From NCBI RefSeq assembly GCF_006345805.1, contig NC_042997.1:27280001-27344000 (forward strand): a stretch of DNA of 64,000 nt, in the 5' to 3' direction. The stretch is from Octopus sinensis. Lineage: Eukaryota. The notes under the pieces are model-generated. The model was not told where the DNA came from. It saw nothing but the letters and a program-made list of their open reading frames with translations, and did not search any database. Position numbers and translations under genes: made by a program. This document shows positions 11,950-26,053 of the stretch, in pieces; within the stretch, counting starts at the first letter, position 1; the number at the start of each line of letters is the position of its first letter.

Positions 11950-14330
11950 TGGCGGCTAACCAACGGTCTTACAACAAACGAAATTGGTCTGATAATGAAA
12001 TTGACCTCTTAAGAAGCACATGGTTTCCTCTCTCCCAACGAGTGAACTTCCGTGTCGAAATGAGATTGCCGAACAAGCACAGCAACAACAACAACAACAG
12101 CCAGGAAAAACATGAACAGCAACAACAACAACAACAACAACAACAATAGCCAGAAAATCATGAATAGCAACAATAAAAACAACAACAACAACCAGAAAAT
12201 CATGAACAACAACAACTAAAACAACAGGAAGAGTCACTCCTAAATTCCTGTATAATAGCTGATTTACTGAGCGATAGTAACTCCTCACTTCTCTCTCACC
12301 ACTCTCACAGCAGCCACTACAATTACCATCATCATCATCATCATCATCACCACCACCACCACTGCTGCTACCATCGTTTTCAACCATCTCAAATACTAAT
12401 AACAAACCATTGCTTTCTTCCCCTACATCGCCACCTCAACCCTACTGCAGTATAAAAAAAAAGGTTAAAAATCTATGAAGCAAGACAACCTAAAATATGC
12501 CGTTATTCACTACCTCACAGGCTCTGCACACGTAGTAACTGCATCTTCACACATGTACCTAGCACTTGAATGCACAATCCAGACAAACACTACAAGCCAA
12601 GGCCAAAACACACATTTCACAATAACATCATCAAACCACCAAATAGTAAACTGAATGATAAAACATGCATAACACAGAATCCCCAAATCTGCCGGTATTT
12701 CCAACACTATTGTGTGACTGTCCCTTCACTCATCTCCCTGGGACCTGACACTAATAGAAACGGGGCTCCAAGCCGACACACAAACCAAAATAAAAACACC
12801 CCCTACTGCAGTAATGCTGGTCCAATCTTTTCACGAAGACAGAAAAACAAAAACAAAATGAGAACAACAAAAACTCAACAAAAGAAGAAACCACAACCCT
12901 ATCCAACAGTGCAACCACACTTCCAGTCAAAAACTGTTCCCTAAGCAGGAAAATTCCTTTTATGCCATGTTGAACCTGACAACAAAAAGCATGTTTTAGC
13001 CATCACTCAATACCTATTTCTTTACTACCCACAAGGGGCTAAACACAGAGATGGCAAACAAGGACAGACAAACGGATTAAGTCGATTATATCGACCCCAG
13101 TGCGTAACTGGTACTTATTTAATCGACCCCGAAAGGATGAAAGGCAAAGTCGACCTCGGCGGAATTTGAACTCAGAACGTAGCGACAGACGAAAAACCAC
13201 TAGGCGTTTCGCCCGGCGTGCTAACGTTTCTGCCAGCTCGCCGCCTTCCATCACTCAATACCATCCTATGCTATTAACCCAGTGCACCAACTTCCCACAT
13301 CGCTGTCACTAACAGTCAAAGCCCGCCCCCTCGTCAGCCTCCACATTTCTACTCAATGCACGAGGTGTCAATGCACAAAAATGGAAGATCCAATTCACCG
13401 AGGATTGGACTCGTAACCATACACGCCACAGCTATTTGTTCATTCTTAGTGACACCCACCTTGACAACTGCCATTTTTATGCATGATTCCTTTCGGCAGG
13501 TGGAAATATCATATGCTCCGATGGCTACTATGATTCAGTCACCGTGCACAAGAAAACCAATGATCTGATAGGCCACCTCAGACACCCGTAGTGCGTTTTA
13601 AAGAATGCCTAAACAGCATTAAGTGCTTTATTCAACGGTGCCATTCTACTAACATACTTATGATGGGAGATTTTAATCTACCCTGTGTGTATTGGTCTAC
13701 AAACACTTTGAAACTAAGCACCCCCACCTCAACTGCTGACAAAGAAGCTGTAGAACCATTTCTCGACTTCATGAATGAGTTTTTTCTGGTCCCAATTTGT
13801 CCTTGCGCCGACAAAATATCAGAACATATTAGACCTTGTGTTTAGTAACCACACTAATACTATACCCAATATTACAGTGGAAAAAACCCTTCTCTCAGAC
13901 TATGACATGGTTCTCTGTAACCTGCGATTTCACCAGCCGAAAGCTAACACTAGTGACTTCTCTCCAACCCATCCATTTGATACTATGGATCTCAATGATG
14001 CCGACTGGGATGCAATCATAAGAGAGCTATCACATGTTGATTGGTCTTTCACACATGCACACACCTCCTCCAGCAGCATCAAATTATCTTGGTAGATCTT
14101 TATAGACATTGTCACAAGCATATATGTGCAAAACACACCCCACCAAGACCTGTGCAGAAAACTAAGTGCAGACTTCCCAAAAACAGAAAAAAAGGCTATT
14201 ATCAGAAAAATATGATGAACAAACAAAAACATTAACAAACAAAAATACTAGCGACAACCACATATATTCGACGGCTATCGCTCTGCTCGAATAAAAAACA
14301 AACATAACCTTTAAAAATACATGAAGGCCA
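11950..14330 (+). mobile_element. Decayed CR1/Jockey-group LINE 5' half: ORF1 with CCCH-type finger plus APE endonuclease
   Basis: ICRYSLPHRLCTRSNCIFTH at ~12510; endonuclease motifs NILMMGDFNLP, NILDLVFSN, LSDYDMV at 13650-13920; frameshifts and stops throughout. Confidence 0.7.
13015..13247 (-). mobile_element. SINE group C, full length, inserted in the LINE
   Basis: Family C consensus; 15-bp TSD CCATCACTCAATACC at 13000-13014 and 13248-13262. Confidence 0.92.
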
Positions 14331-14389
14331 TCATCAATAACCAAAGAAAAAAATAACAACTGAGGAGAATTGGTTCATTGAGAAAATTC

Positions 14390-14600
14390 AACTCAAACTC
14401 AGAGTGTTGTTCTCTTTTGCGAAAATACACAAGTAGAGAGTTATTGCTTGCGGAGACACATGAGGTTGTAAAAGGTTTATCTGGGATTTCGTGAAGGAAT
14501 TTATCCAAAGACTTCTTGAACATTATCGGGTCTGCTTCTGCTTTAATGCGTTTCGGTATAATGTAATGTTAAAGAGAGCGAAGCCAAAATAAGTAAAGCT
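14390..14600 (-). mobile_element. CR1-like LINE 3' end fragment
   Basis: Minus strand: ALFN..IPKRIKAEADPIMFKKSLDKFLHEIPDKP..SASNNSLL, typical of CR1 ORF2 C-termini. Confidence 0.65.
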
Positions 14601-14639
14601 AACAGTTTGTTTCGTCTTATACACCCTATTTCATTTATA

Positions 14640-14823
14640 AACTCTCTTTTACTCTTTTACCTGTTTCAGTCATTTTAATGTGTCCATGCTGGAGCACCAC
14701 CTTTAGTCGTGCAAATCGACCCCAGGACTTATTCTTTCCAAAGCCTAGTACTTATTCTACCGGTCTCTTTTGTCGAACCGCTAAGTTACGGCGACTAAAT
14801 ACAGACACGCAAACATATAACAC

Positions 14824-14889
<66 letters not shown>

Positions 14890-15078
14890 TAGAGGACTGA
14901 CTACTAAAAATTTTGTATGAAAAAAATTTTTAATCTTCCGATTTTTTTAAAATATGCTAGGCCACTGGTTTTAATTGATGAATATAGTAGAAGACACTTG
15001 CCCAAGGTGTCACACAGTGGGACTGAACCCGGAACTATCTGGTTGGTAAGCAAGCTGCTTACCACACAACCACTCCTA
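14640..15078 (-). mobile_element. SINE group A, rearranged or interrupted
   Basis: Tail at 14640-14830; head (AGGAGTGGTTGTGTGGTAAG on minus strand) at 14975-15078. Confidence 0.75.
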
Positions 15079-15081
15079 TTG

Positions 15082-15167
<86 letters not shown>

Positions 15168-15168
15168 C

Positions 15169-15201
<33 letters not shown>

Positions 15202-15229
15202 ATATATATACATACATATATATATACAT

Positions 15230-15293
<64 letters not shown>

Positions 15294-15558
15294 ACAAGTC
15301 TCTTCAGGGCGTTGGTACAAAGCAACAGACGTTCCATGTAAAAGAATTGCCGGATTGCATAATACTGATTTAAAATACCTACTTTTAGGATCGTGAGTGT
15401 TAGCAATTCAAATACATAAGTGCAACAAAAGAACAACAAAATTTAAATGGATAAATTAAGTAGGGGAAATTTTTAAAGTCAAAAAATACTCCATATATCC
15501 GCAGTAATATTAATCTAAATGTATTTAGATCTAAATTATTTGACTGGCTATTTTAATG

Positions 15559-15559
<1 letters not shown>

Positions 15560-15626
<67 letters not shown>

Positions 15627-15740
15627 CAACACCAACAACAATAACAACAACAACAACAACAACAACAATAATAACGATGATGATGATGATAATAATAATA
15701 ATAATAATAATAATTATAATAATAAGAATAATAATAGCAA
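15560..15740. repeat. Compound trinucleotide microsatellite (AAT)n(AAC)n(GAT)n
   Basis: Direct reading; explains the poly-Asn ORF 15556..15804. Confidence 0.95.
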
Positions 15741-15935
15741 TGGCAACATATATAAATATATAAATAAAGTATCAGTTTTTTATTTAGTTTTATTGACGGA
15801 TTAATGATGTTAATCCATATTCATTCTATAAATAAGCCTATACAAATTCGAAAGAACGTATTTCTAGTATATCAGCTAACTATTCGCTTATATATATCAT
15901 ACTATTCATATATTTATTATTACTAAATATATATA

Positions 15936-16993
15936 CAGTTACGGCCAAAATGTTCAGAACGGCATTGTTTTCGCCAGATAAGTTGGTATACGTTTTTATC
16001 AAACTTGTTTTATGTTCTATAATTTTCACAGACAATAAATACAATATTAATTGTTACTGTCTAAGATGTTGGTGTAATTTGAGAGGATAATACAAAAGTT
16101 ATGGATGATTTAGTGATTTACTGCAAAACGCATGGCGGCCAAAATGATCAGTACGGTTGAAAAATAACAAAATAATCAAAAATGACGGAGAATACTGGAA
16201 TTATTTAATATTTAGTGTGAAGCCCTTTAGCTTCAATCACACATTGACATCTTCGACTACATGAGGAAATTAAATTTTCAATTTTTTGCTAGGTGACCTT
16301 ATTCCATTCTTCCTGAACGGAATTCCATAATTGCTCGGTTGTTTTAGGTTTTCTGGCTTTTGAACGTTCTCCTAGAATATTCCACACATTTTCAATAGGA
16401 TTGAGATCTGGGCTTTGAGCAGGCCAATCCATAATAATAACCTTTTCAGCCTTGAGGAAGTTCATGACCACCTTAACCTTGTGACATGGGGCATTGTCCT
16501 GCATGAATATGGGTGGTCGCTTAGTTGAATTTCTCAGCACAGGCAAGACATGATCTTTTACAAGTTGTTTATAAACTCCTGCATTTACCTTTCCGTGTAA
16601 TCGCACCAAAGAGCCCGTGCCATCTCCAGATATCATCCCCCAAACCATGACACTTCCTCCACCGAATTTAACACTAATCTTAAGGCATTTAGGCGACAAT
16701 TTTTCACCTACTTTTCAACTGAGCCAAATAACATAAACTTAGATTTATCACTGAAATGCACCGTTTGCCATTTTTCTTGAGACCACAACACATGTTCGGT
16801 TGCAAAGGTAAGACGACACTTTTTTTTATTTTTGAAGCTGATCAGTGGCTTCACTGCAGGTAATCTTACTTGTAGGTTATGTTCAACTAAACGATGAGAC
16901 ACAGTTTTTCGAGATAATGTTTTCTTCAGTACAATGCTCATTTCCCGAGAAACAGCAGCAGCAGTTTTAAATCTTTCCTTTTTAACCAACTTT
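15936..16993 (-). mobile_element. Tc1-family DNA transposon (IR/DR type), 5' part lost
   Basis: TA|CAGT terminus; DR CGGCCAAAATG(T/A)TCAG(A/T)ACGG at ~15942 and ~16138; transposase remnants with FSD(K)SKF, GGGSVMVWG, FMQDNAPCH, WPAQSPDLNPIENVW (DD34E). Confidence 0.9.
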
Positions 16994-17700
16994 CATCATC
17001 ATCATCATTGTTCGACCGTGGTCGAGACAATGGAATTTACCATGCTACGCCAGACTTCACGGCCCATCATGGCATTACGGAGGTCCTGTTGCTGGATGCC
17101 TGTATCCCTGGAGATTACATCAGGGTAGGAGAGTGTGCGCCCTCTGGTAATGCGAGTAGATGGCTTCCAGAGGAGAAGAGTAGAAATTACTTCTTTTTCA
17201 GCTCTACAACAATGTCCAGCAAACTGGACTCTCCTAACTTTCACAATGACACAGGTGGTAGTTTCCCATATATTTGCACTTTGGTTGGATGGCGCTTCCA
17301 CGAGAGATTTTGAGCTCTCATAAGGAGGCGAGAGTAGGTTCCATCCAACCGCCTCTCAAGCTTCTTTGATAACGTCCAGGTTTCTGAGCCATATAGTAGA
17401 ATTGGTTCGACTGTGGCTTTGAAGATTTCAAGTTTGAAATCTCTACTTAGATTTGATGACCAGATCTTATGCATGTCAGTACAGGCTGACCAGGCCATAC
17501 CCTTTCTAGTTAAGTCTTTTCCAGATGATGATATGTATGACCCAAGATATTTGTAATCAGAAACCATATTTAAGGGCGCATTGTTGAGAGCATGGATGAT
17601 GCAATCACTGTTGGACAGGCACTTGTTTATGTATTCAGTTTTGGCCTCATTGAGGTAAAGACCTACACAATTTGAGGCTTGTACAATAACCTCTCTCATT
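16994..17700 (-). mobile_element. 5'-truncated RTE-clade LINE with (TGA)n tail, abutting the Tc1 break
   Basis: GLYLNEAKTEY, YKYLGSYI, EPILLYGSETWTL, MMGREVWRSMV; tail TGATGATGATGA on minus strand. Confidence 0.85.
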
Positions 17701-18463
17701 TATCTATTGTTATTGACATAAAGATTATTCAAAGTAACTAACGAGTAATGGTCCTTATTTAAATAGTTTAACGGAAGGAGAACTCCGTAAATTAAAATAA
17801 ACAAGTAAAAAGATGTACGACTATTATATTACTTGTCAGATAAAAAGAAAATAAACTATAAACAATAAGTAAAAATATTACCGAGTCTTTCAGAATAAAT
17901 GAAATGAGGGTATTGCAATATATATAGAGGTTGTTTCATCATTAATATATATAAATACGACTATTCACAAATATATAACTATTTATAATAATTGTTGCAA
18001 TCTAATTTTTCATATCTACACAAACACAATTCCCATCATAAATACCAAATTACATAGTCTACCTGAGGAAAAAAGATACCTTTATAAGTCGAAGTTTATA
18101 AATAACGTAGCTATTAAAAAAAGCCGGAAATATGTACTTGGAAATAAATGTTTTTGATCAAAATATGGCATTATAGAAAATTATTCATTTAGTATTCTTA
18201 ATATTATCACTAATTTATAAATTAAATCAATTTAATTATAAATGTATAATGATTTAAGTACAACGAAGACACCTTACTTAAAATTTACAATAAATATTGT
18301 AACACATCAAAACAAATAGCTTCACTTGATCTTAATACAAAACATTATGAATTAATCCACGTTTGTTTATGTGTCCACATTATTATACAATTTAAAAATA
18401 TAAATGCATGTGCATGTATATGTATATATACACACACATATACACAATATTCACACATACACA

Positions 18464-18554
<91 letters not shown>

Positions 18555-18574
18555 TATATATATATATGTTTTGC

Positions 18575-19440
18575 CATCACCTACGAATCTAGTAAGATGG
18601 AACGTCTTAGAGAATGACATCTTCAAATGTGGAAAGTTCGGTACACTAAAAAAATATTCTTTCCAACTGTTTATTAGCATTGAACAGGTACACATGGAGG
18701 CACAACTTGGTCCTTAAGGTTATCTTCAATGCTATAAAGAACCAAATTCATCTCAACAACACTGAGGAAAACCTGTTAAAAGTACCATCAAGAGATTTCA
18801 TTACCTTCGTGCGACCAGGTCAGCGGATCCGTTTCAAGAAGATCAAGAAACTTCCTGAGAAAAATGAAAAATGGAACGGCTATTGGGAGGTAACTGCAGA
18901 TTTACCTGGGTGCCAGGTTTTCTTTCCCATCCCAGTTTCTAAAAAACCAGATATTTTGATGTGGTGTGAAAGAAAGAAAGTTGTAAATATAGTCGAGCTA
19001 ACGGTTCCTCATGAAGATAATATGGACGCCGCTCGGGCTCGAAAATTGAACCGTTATGAAAACCTCCTCGAGGAATGTGAAGACGCAGGCTGGAAAGCGA
19101 AAAATTTTCCTATCGAAGTCGGATGTAGAGGGTTTATTGGACACAGCGTGAGACGACTGTTGTTATCGCTAGGCCTATCTCATCGTAAAGTCAATACCAC
19201 CATGACTGATATCCAATTTACAGTGGAGAAGGCTAGCCACTGGATTTGGTTAAAAAGAGACGATGAGCGATGGCTAGAAGTATATTGAGTTCTTCATAAC
19301 AAGCTGATCTAGCAAGCGGGGCCCCGAAACGGCGCGCATTCTCTCTTGATGACCCATAAACTTGCTAGCTTGCGGTATACGGAGCTTTTAACTGGTAGCA
19401 CTTGCATGTGCAAGTTGTTTGCAAGACATATATACAAACC
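18575..19440 (+). mobile_element. 5'-truncated RLE-type non-LTR retrotransposon (HERO/R2-group-like): zinc knuckle, restriction-like endonuclease and 3' UTR
   Basis: CGKFGTL..IL.NC before RYTWRHN; KKPDILMW, IVELTVPHE, K..RY, FPIEVGCRGF (PD-(D/E)xK endonuclease); ORF 18680..19288 open for 202 aa. Confidence 0.85.
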
Positions 19441-19797
19441 ATGTACACTCACATTTATATATAACATATATATACATTCATATACAAGCACATATATATG
19501 CATATACATACACATATGCATATATATACATATACATATATATATATATATTGATTGATAGATAGATAGATAGATAGATACACAGACAAATACATACAAA
19601 GCAAATACATATATGTATATATAACTATATATAGACACATTCATATACAGACACACACCTACAGATATATATATATATATAAATTATAAATTATATATTT
19701 TTGATACACACATATATACACATACCTATATATATACGTATACGCATACACACATATATGTGCATACATATATATACACATACATGTATATATACCA

Positions 19798-19830
<33 letters not shown>

Positions 19831-19963
19831 AGTTCAGCAACAATTTAGATTCAAATGAATATGGCACTTAATTTAGATGCACCAGAATTTTTTATGGTGT
19901 TACCCATAAACATATGCGGGGTGATTATAATCAAAAATAAGCAACAAGAATGAATCCGGTAAT

Positions 19964-20050
19964 TTAGTACAATTGTTTCATACTACAACATTTTATTAAA
20001 AGCTGTAAATATTATCAGCAGATTTATGATGCCGAGTAATCTTCAGCTAA
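19964..20050 (-). ncRNA. Hammerhead ribozyme, inverted copy in the left PLE repeat
   Basis: Minus strand TTAG-CTGAAGA-TTACT...AGTAT-GAAAC-AATT-GTA-CTAA; U.U mismatch at the base of stem II. Confidence 0.65.
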
Positions 20051-23000
20051 TTTTATATAGGTTTTCCAATAATATAAAGTTCTCAGATCAATTAATAACA
20101 TCTTAAGGACGGTAAATATACAGATAAAGATGTAGATATGAATCTTAGGAACATGAGGTAGTGTAGTTTGGATGCAAACTGACCAAAACTTTGTTCACAA
20201 CTGACTGTTGTAAGAAAAGTTCCTTAGTTGTAAGGATGGGGGTAAGGGAAGGTCAAGAATTCAAGTTAGTTGAAGAAAAGAAGAGGAAAATTCAGGAGAT
20301 GTAAAAGAAGAACAGATTGTCACTAGAACAAAGGGTCAATTTATATATAATTCCATACATTGTGTATGCTTTCTGGTCCTTAACTTCTCAACAAGGATGG
20401 AAAGGGTAAATATAGAGTTTTCCCCTAAAGATATCCCCTTACATAGTAAGGATGAATACATTTGGCTATTGATCCTCAGAACCAACGAATTTATCAGAAG
20501 AATTAGATGGATTACCTACCACTACGATATCAAACAGAAAAAAGACCCTCAATTAGCACATATGGATAAGAACTACAAAAGGACTTTTAGAAGTAGAAAG
20601 AGCCCACCTCCGAACCCATTACTTGAAAACTTTGAAAAAGATCTACTGGACCTTATCGCGAATATAAAATTCAGGGAGCATCCACTGAGATACAATCCAC
20701 ACCTTAAACATCTTAAGGATTTTATTAATTCTATTCGGAATAAGCAAGGGATCTTAGTCTCAGCAGACAAAACAGGAAATCTTTATAAATTGGATTATAC
20801 GTTTTACAGCAGACTCATTAGGAAGGAACTTAAGGTATAAAATAACAACAAAGAATAATTTGAAAAAATTAATCTAGAAATCAAAAAAGTTATGGATAAT
20901 TACAATTTGACTGACAGAACGGAGCCTCTTATACCTTGTGAACCCAGGATCAATCTTAAGGACCATAATAAAAATTTCTTAGAAAACCCTTCGGTAAGAC
21001 TCATATGTCCAACTAAGTCGGACATTGGCCGACTTATTAAATCTATTTTGGACAACATTCTACCCCAAATAATTCCTAATCTTCCCTTAAGTCTATGGTT
21101 TAATACAGATGAAGTAATAGATTGGTTTAAATCTCTAGATAAAAATAATAGAATTTCTTTTATCCAATTTGATATCAATAATTATTATTCTATTATATCC
21201 CCCATTCTACTAAATAAATCGTTTATTTTTGCTATGAATCGCCCTCTTATATCTAGAGAGGAAATTAACATAGCTAGAAAATTAAATTAGCTAGAAAAAC
21301 TATCATTGAATTTGAAGGGAAATTATGGACTAGGGCAGATACCCCTAATAATTTTGATATACCTATGGGCTCTAGTGATTCAGCTGAGATAACGAATCTA
21401 GTAGGGGCATACTTATTAAAATGCATAAACAGGGATATCCCTGAGTTACAAGGTGGTCTATATAGGGATGATGCTTTGTTCGTTGTACCTAGCAATAGTA
21501 AATCAAGTATTGAAAGGATTGAAAAGAAAATTGATAAATTCTTTAAAGATTTAAACCTAAGCATTACTTACGAACCTGGCACTAAGATAGTTAATTTCCT
21601 AGATGTTACCTTAAACCTTAATTCAATGCTACATTATCCATTTAGAAAGGAAGGCGAAATCACTAGATATGTAAATAAGTTATCTAATCATCCTCCAAAT
21701 ATAATAAAATCATTAATTAAAAATATTTCCCTAAGAATTTCTAAATTGTCATCTAATAGTGATATATTTAACTCTCACTCTAACCATTACAATACCGCAT
21801 TATCCAAAGCGGCATATGATCAAGAAATTACCTTTCTCGATAAGGATAGCTTATATCTCCCGAACAATGAAGCGAATATAAATAACGTAAACAATAATAG
21901 CTATCATACCCTACATAAAATAGATTTATGGAGAAGAAAAATCTAGTGTATAAACCAGATTATATGAATAAAAATATTGACCAGATCATAGGCAAATTTG
22001 AAAATACCAATCTAGATAAATCTAATATACATGTAAATAGAAGTAAAAAGAATAATAATTCTCGTGCGAATGGTGATAACACATCTCACTCCAACTCATA
22101 CTTAAACAAAAAATATAAAAGAGAAAATATCATTTGGCTAAATATTCCCTTTAATTAGGCGATTTTGACGAGTGTGTACAGTAGATTTAAATCTATACTA
22201 GAAAAAAACTTCCCAGCCTCCCATAAATATCATAAAATAATTTCTAAGAAAACAGTTAGGATTTCATATTCAACCCTCCCAAATATGTCTACCATAATAG
22301 CTAGACTTAATAGTAAAAACAAAAGTAGAGCCAGGAGTAGAATGAATAGTATCAACATGAATAGTAATAATAATTGTAATAACAGCATCAACAATAGAAA
22401 TAACAATAATAATAATTATAACAATGATAATAACAATAATAATAATAATAACAATAATATTAATAAAAATAATACTAAAAATGATGATAGCAATAATATT
22501 AATAACAATAATAACAACATTGATATAAATATAAATAATGATAATAGCAATACCAGAAATTTAGGTAGTATCGGTATTGGTATGTTAGATGGGAATGATA
22601 GTGTAAATGGATCAATAAATAGTAACCCTATTTTGGATATCAATATGACCACTAATAATGAAAATAATACTAATAATATTTCTAATAATATTTTAAATAA
22701 CAGTAATATGAGAGAACTATCTTTAAATAATTCCAAATCTGAAAATTATCCCGCCCCCCAGTTGTAATTGTAGGATTAGATCAAATTGTCTGGTATCTGG
22801 TCGTTGTTCGGTCCAAAATGTAATTTATAAATGCACTAGAATAACTTCTAACGGTAGCTTCTTTTATATTGGTTGTTCTGTTGGTTTTAAACGACGCCTT
22901 AACAATCATTTCTCCTCTTTTCGTTTAAAACATAAGGCAGGTTGCACTACACTATCTAGCAAAATTTGGGAACTTAAAACAAATAATATAGAATACAACC

Positions 23001-23990
23001 TAAAATGGGATATAGTTAGAAATAGTAGAGTAGGCTATCAACTCTGTTCTATGGAAACCTATGAAATTTTAAAGTATCGAAGTAACAAAAATCTACTAAA
23101 TAATCGTCTAGAGTTATGAATATCTTGCATTCATTCCTCAATTAGAACTTTTAAATGCTTTAAATAGAAATTTAAGGTCTTCCTACTTTTTCTAACTGTA
23201 ACTTTTTAATATAATAATAATATGAGATATACTATACTAACCTTTAATTTACTTCTATAGTCAACTGGATTAACCTCACTATAATCATGAAATTGCATCT
23301 TTCCCCAAATCTATTCTAATTATAAGAGTTAATACCATTCCCCCAGTTATAAAATACGATACCTACTATAAATTAGATGAGGTTTTGCTCCCCTACCCTT
23401 TGTAAAAGAATTTAATTGACCTCTGGACATTGACCTAGATTTTTTCTCACCACATAAAAATAAATAGCTTTCTGTTCTAGTGACAATCTGAATTCCCTTC
23501 ATGTATTTTTTCTGCAACTAACTTAAACCCATTTTACAGTATTCTTTCACATCCCCTTACCTAAATTCCTACTAAAAATTCTGATGGCTTTCAGTTGAAA
23601 GTAGGGTTTGGTCAGTTTAGTAGCTGACCTTCTACCTCATATGTTCCTAACAATTTAATGATCTTTCTACATTGGCCTAAATCTTTTGTCACCACATAAA
23701 TAAATTGACCCTTTGTTCTAGTGACAATCTGTTCTTTTACATCGCCTGAATTTTCCTCTTCTTTTCTTCAACTAACTTGAATTCTTGACCTGCCCTTACC
23801 CCCATCCTTACAACTAAGGAAATATTCTTACAACAGTCAGTTGTGAACAAAGTTTTGGTTAGTTTGCATCCAAACTACACTACCTCATATTCCTAAGATT
23901 CATATCTACATCTTTATCTGTATATTTCCCTTCCCTAAGATGTTATTAATTGATCTGAGAACTTTATATTATTGGAAAACCTATATAAAA

Positions 23991-24076
23991 TTAGCTGAAG
24001 AATACTCGGCATCTTAAATCTGCTGTAATATTTACAGCTTTTAATAAAATGTTGTAGTATGAAACAATTGTACTAA
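23991..24076 (+). ncRNA. Type I hammerhead ribozyme in the PLE 3' repeat
   Basis: TTAG-CTGAAGA-ATACT(24002)...AGTAT(24056)-GAAAC-AATT-GTA-CTAA: stem I TTAG/CTAA, 5-bp stem II with ~49-nt loop, palindromic stem III ACAATTGT. Confidence 0.8.
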
Positions 24077-24349
24077 ATTACCGGATTCATTCTTGTTGCT
24101 TATTTTTGAATATATATACACATAGATGCATAAGCATACATATATAAACATACGTATATTTACATACACACATACATACCTAGATGCACATGCACATACA
24201 TATATATATATGTGTTGTGTGTGTATGTGTGTGTACGTAAAAGATTTTCTCACCTTCCCGAGCTTTAAACTAATACACCTGTTTGTTGTTTACATACCTG
24301 TGTTCGTCTTTTGCTTTTTAGTAAATTCCAACTACATATACACCCCCCC

Positions 24350-24397
<48 letters not shown>

Positions 24398-24649
24398 CAT
24401 ATATACACAAGCGCATACACATACTTAAATACAGATACATAGCATTAGATATGAATACAAAAAACGCACATATATATATACATTCATACATATCTACAAA
24501 TATAGACAATTATATATATACACATATACATACAAATATATACATACATGTACATACATATATACAGTTAATAAAAGTTTCTAAGCACACGGAATAGTTT
24601 TAGAGGACAGAAGGCGCTCATGTTTTTCTTTAAGTATCTTCTTCCTAGA

Positions 24650-25000
24650 TTTTAAGATCGATATGATTCATCCACGCATAGGTTTCCTTTTCCGATTTAA
24701 TCCTACTTCTATATTATCCATATTACAATTATTCTTATATCTACAACCACAAGTTCCAGCTAGATCGTTCTTGGTAATAGGATTATTATTTCTATTATTG
24801 TAAAAACTGTCTAATCTTTTATTATTAAGGGAAGAGATAATTCTAAACAAATTTTGAGATGCGGAAAAAAATTTCTGATACTTTTGCTGATCCTTTTGCT
24901 ATTTATTATCTTGTTAAATTTATGTTCTTTATTAAAATGCGTTGATATAGATCTGTAAAATTGCATAACCAAATTAGAGTTTATTTGTTTAAGGCCCTGA
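24650..25000 (-). mobile_element. Second PLE fragment (RT-EN linker region)
   Basis: Minus strand LFRIISSLNNKR...GTCGCRYKNNC, equivalent to the linker CxC motif of the 20-23 kb PLE. Confidence 0.55.
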
Positions 25001-25295
25001 ACAATGCTGTATCCATAGAGATGAGTTGTTTATTTATTAAATAATGAATATAAATCGAAACAAATGCTGACTGTATTTTTTTTAATTGTTTATATTATCT
25101 TAGCTTATATTATTTTATATTTTATAGTATATCATATTATCATGTAATAAATTGTTAGATTGTCAATTGCCTTTACCTGTTTGATTTATTATTTGTAATT
25201 TGTATTTATACCCCTACTTCTGTGGTATTGAATTGCCGTACCACTGAACTGGATCTTTTACACCTCTTTGAAGGAATCGTCTTATCTTTCGTTCG

Positions 25296-25789
<494 letters not shown>

Positions 25790-25797
25790 ATATATAT

Positions 25798-25864
<67 letters not shown>

Positions 25865-25993
25865 TGTATGTATGTATGAATAAATACATTGTTGAACTTG
25901 AATATCTCCTTAAATCTTTTTAATACATACATATATATAACTATATATAGACTCATTCATACATATATATATATGAATCGTCGGCATTCTATA

Positions 25994-26053
<60 letters not shown>

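Larger units (their letters stand above)
19931..24109 (+). mobile_element. Penelope-like element (Naiad-like by motif), near complete but frameshifted: RT + GIY-YIG, inverted ~410-bp terminal repeats
   Basis: ORF pieces 20397-23167: FDINNYYS, MGSSDSAEI, LYRDDALF, FLDVTLNL, IIWLNIPFN, CNCRIRSNCLVSGRC, VIYKC...FYIG, LCSMETYEIL; 19931-20345 is the reverse complement of 23700-24109. Confidence 0.9.

Noticed and set aside
23117-23119. In-frame TGA near the PLE C-terminus (LEL*ISCIH) as possible selenocysteine, as reported for some Naiad PLEs
   Set aside because: It is not at a conserved Cys position, all zinc-motif cysteines here are ordinary TGT/TGC, the element has other nonsense and frameshift lesions, and I could not identify a SECIS; only a multi-copy consensus could revive it
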